DNA of 64,000 bases, taken from positions 10,716,873-10,780,872 of the forward strand of contig MU053881.1 of assembly GCA_013239625.1 (NCBI GenBank). The letters are read 5' to 3'. Each line of letters begins with the position of its first letter. The stretch's first letter is position 1. The notes below the pieces were generated by a model. The model was not told where the DNA came from and ran no database searches. It worked only from the letters and a program-made list of their open reading frames with translations. A program made the translations under genes and the position numbers. This document shows positions 63,381 to 64,000 of the stretch, piece by piece. The stretch is from Lama guanicoe. Taxonomy: Eukaryota.

Positions 63381-63590
63381 ACTTGCAAATGCTGACTACT
63401 GTGTATAAAATAGATAAACAACAAGTTTCTTTTGTATAGCGCAGGGAACTATATTCAATATCTTGTAGTAACCTATAATGAAAAAGAATATGAAAACAAA
63501 TACATGTATGTATATGTAAGACTGAAACATTATGCTGTACACCAGAAACTACACAACATTGTAAACTGACTCTACTTCAGTTAAAAAAAG
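63381..63590 (+). mobile_element. 5'-truncated L1 3' end (cetartiodactyl-type) with A tail
   Basis: tataaaatagataaacaacaag...gtatagcgcagggaactatattcaatatcttgtagtaacctataatgaaaaagaatatg...gctgtacaccagaaact...cattgtaaactgactctacttcagttaaaaaaa. Confidence 0.88.
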
Positions 63591-64000
63591 CAAAGATCAT
63601 AAAACACAATACCTGTTTTAGAGTCAAACTGTTATGTCTCAGACATCTGAATAGCATGAAAAATACAATAAATACTTATGGAATTAAAGAACTAATGAAA
63701 GAATAAACACCAAAAAAAAAAGCAGAATTAGCATAGAGATGAGCCATTTTAACTGCTAAACATTGAAATAGGTTCAGCCTTTTTAGAAGCATCCCAGAAG
63801 TCCCTAAGGATAGGCTTTCTAAATGATGCACGATCAGATCCTCTCAGTATATGCTCCTAGTGATCCAGGATTTAAAGAAGTAGGGCAAACAATTTTGACC
63901 AAGTGCAACCAGAGAGGTTGGCCCTGGCAGCAGCAGAAAGGGAGACTTGCAGAAGCCGAAACAGGAGAATGTAGTAGTGACATCTACACAGTATGCAAAT

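Noticed and set aside
1..64000. A novel multi-gene biological system (defence island, CRISPR, operon)
   Set aside because: This is mammalian repeat-rich non-coding DNA. It has no long ORFs, no regularly spaced repeat-spacer array and no prokaryotic or organellar insert that I can see.

Overview
AT-rich eutherian genomic DNA, most likely camelid: it has two tRNA-Ala-headed SINEs of the Vic-1 type and I saw no Alu, B1/B2, Bov-A/BovB, PRE1 or Can-SINE. I can support no intact protein-coding gene, RNA gene or CRISPR array; the supplied ORFs are repeat-derived or chance ORFs. The window is intergenic or deep intronic. Much of it is old transposable element sequence: L1 and L2 fragments, MIRs, MaLR/ERV1/ERVL solo LTRs, a truncated ERVL (LTR-PBS-gag), Tigger1 and MER8. 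Repeat family names come from my recall of consensus sequences and need RepeatMasker/Dfam confirmation. The points most worth following up are an internal L1 ORF2 fragment with no poly(A) flanked by a ~68 bp diverged direct duplication, an AmnSINE2-like relic, two CTCF motifs in convergent orientation, several repeat-free blocks dense in homeodomain/TALE motifs, and one isolated exon-like segment. I found no evidence of a previously undescribed multi-gene system.
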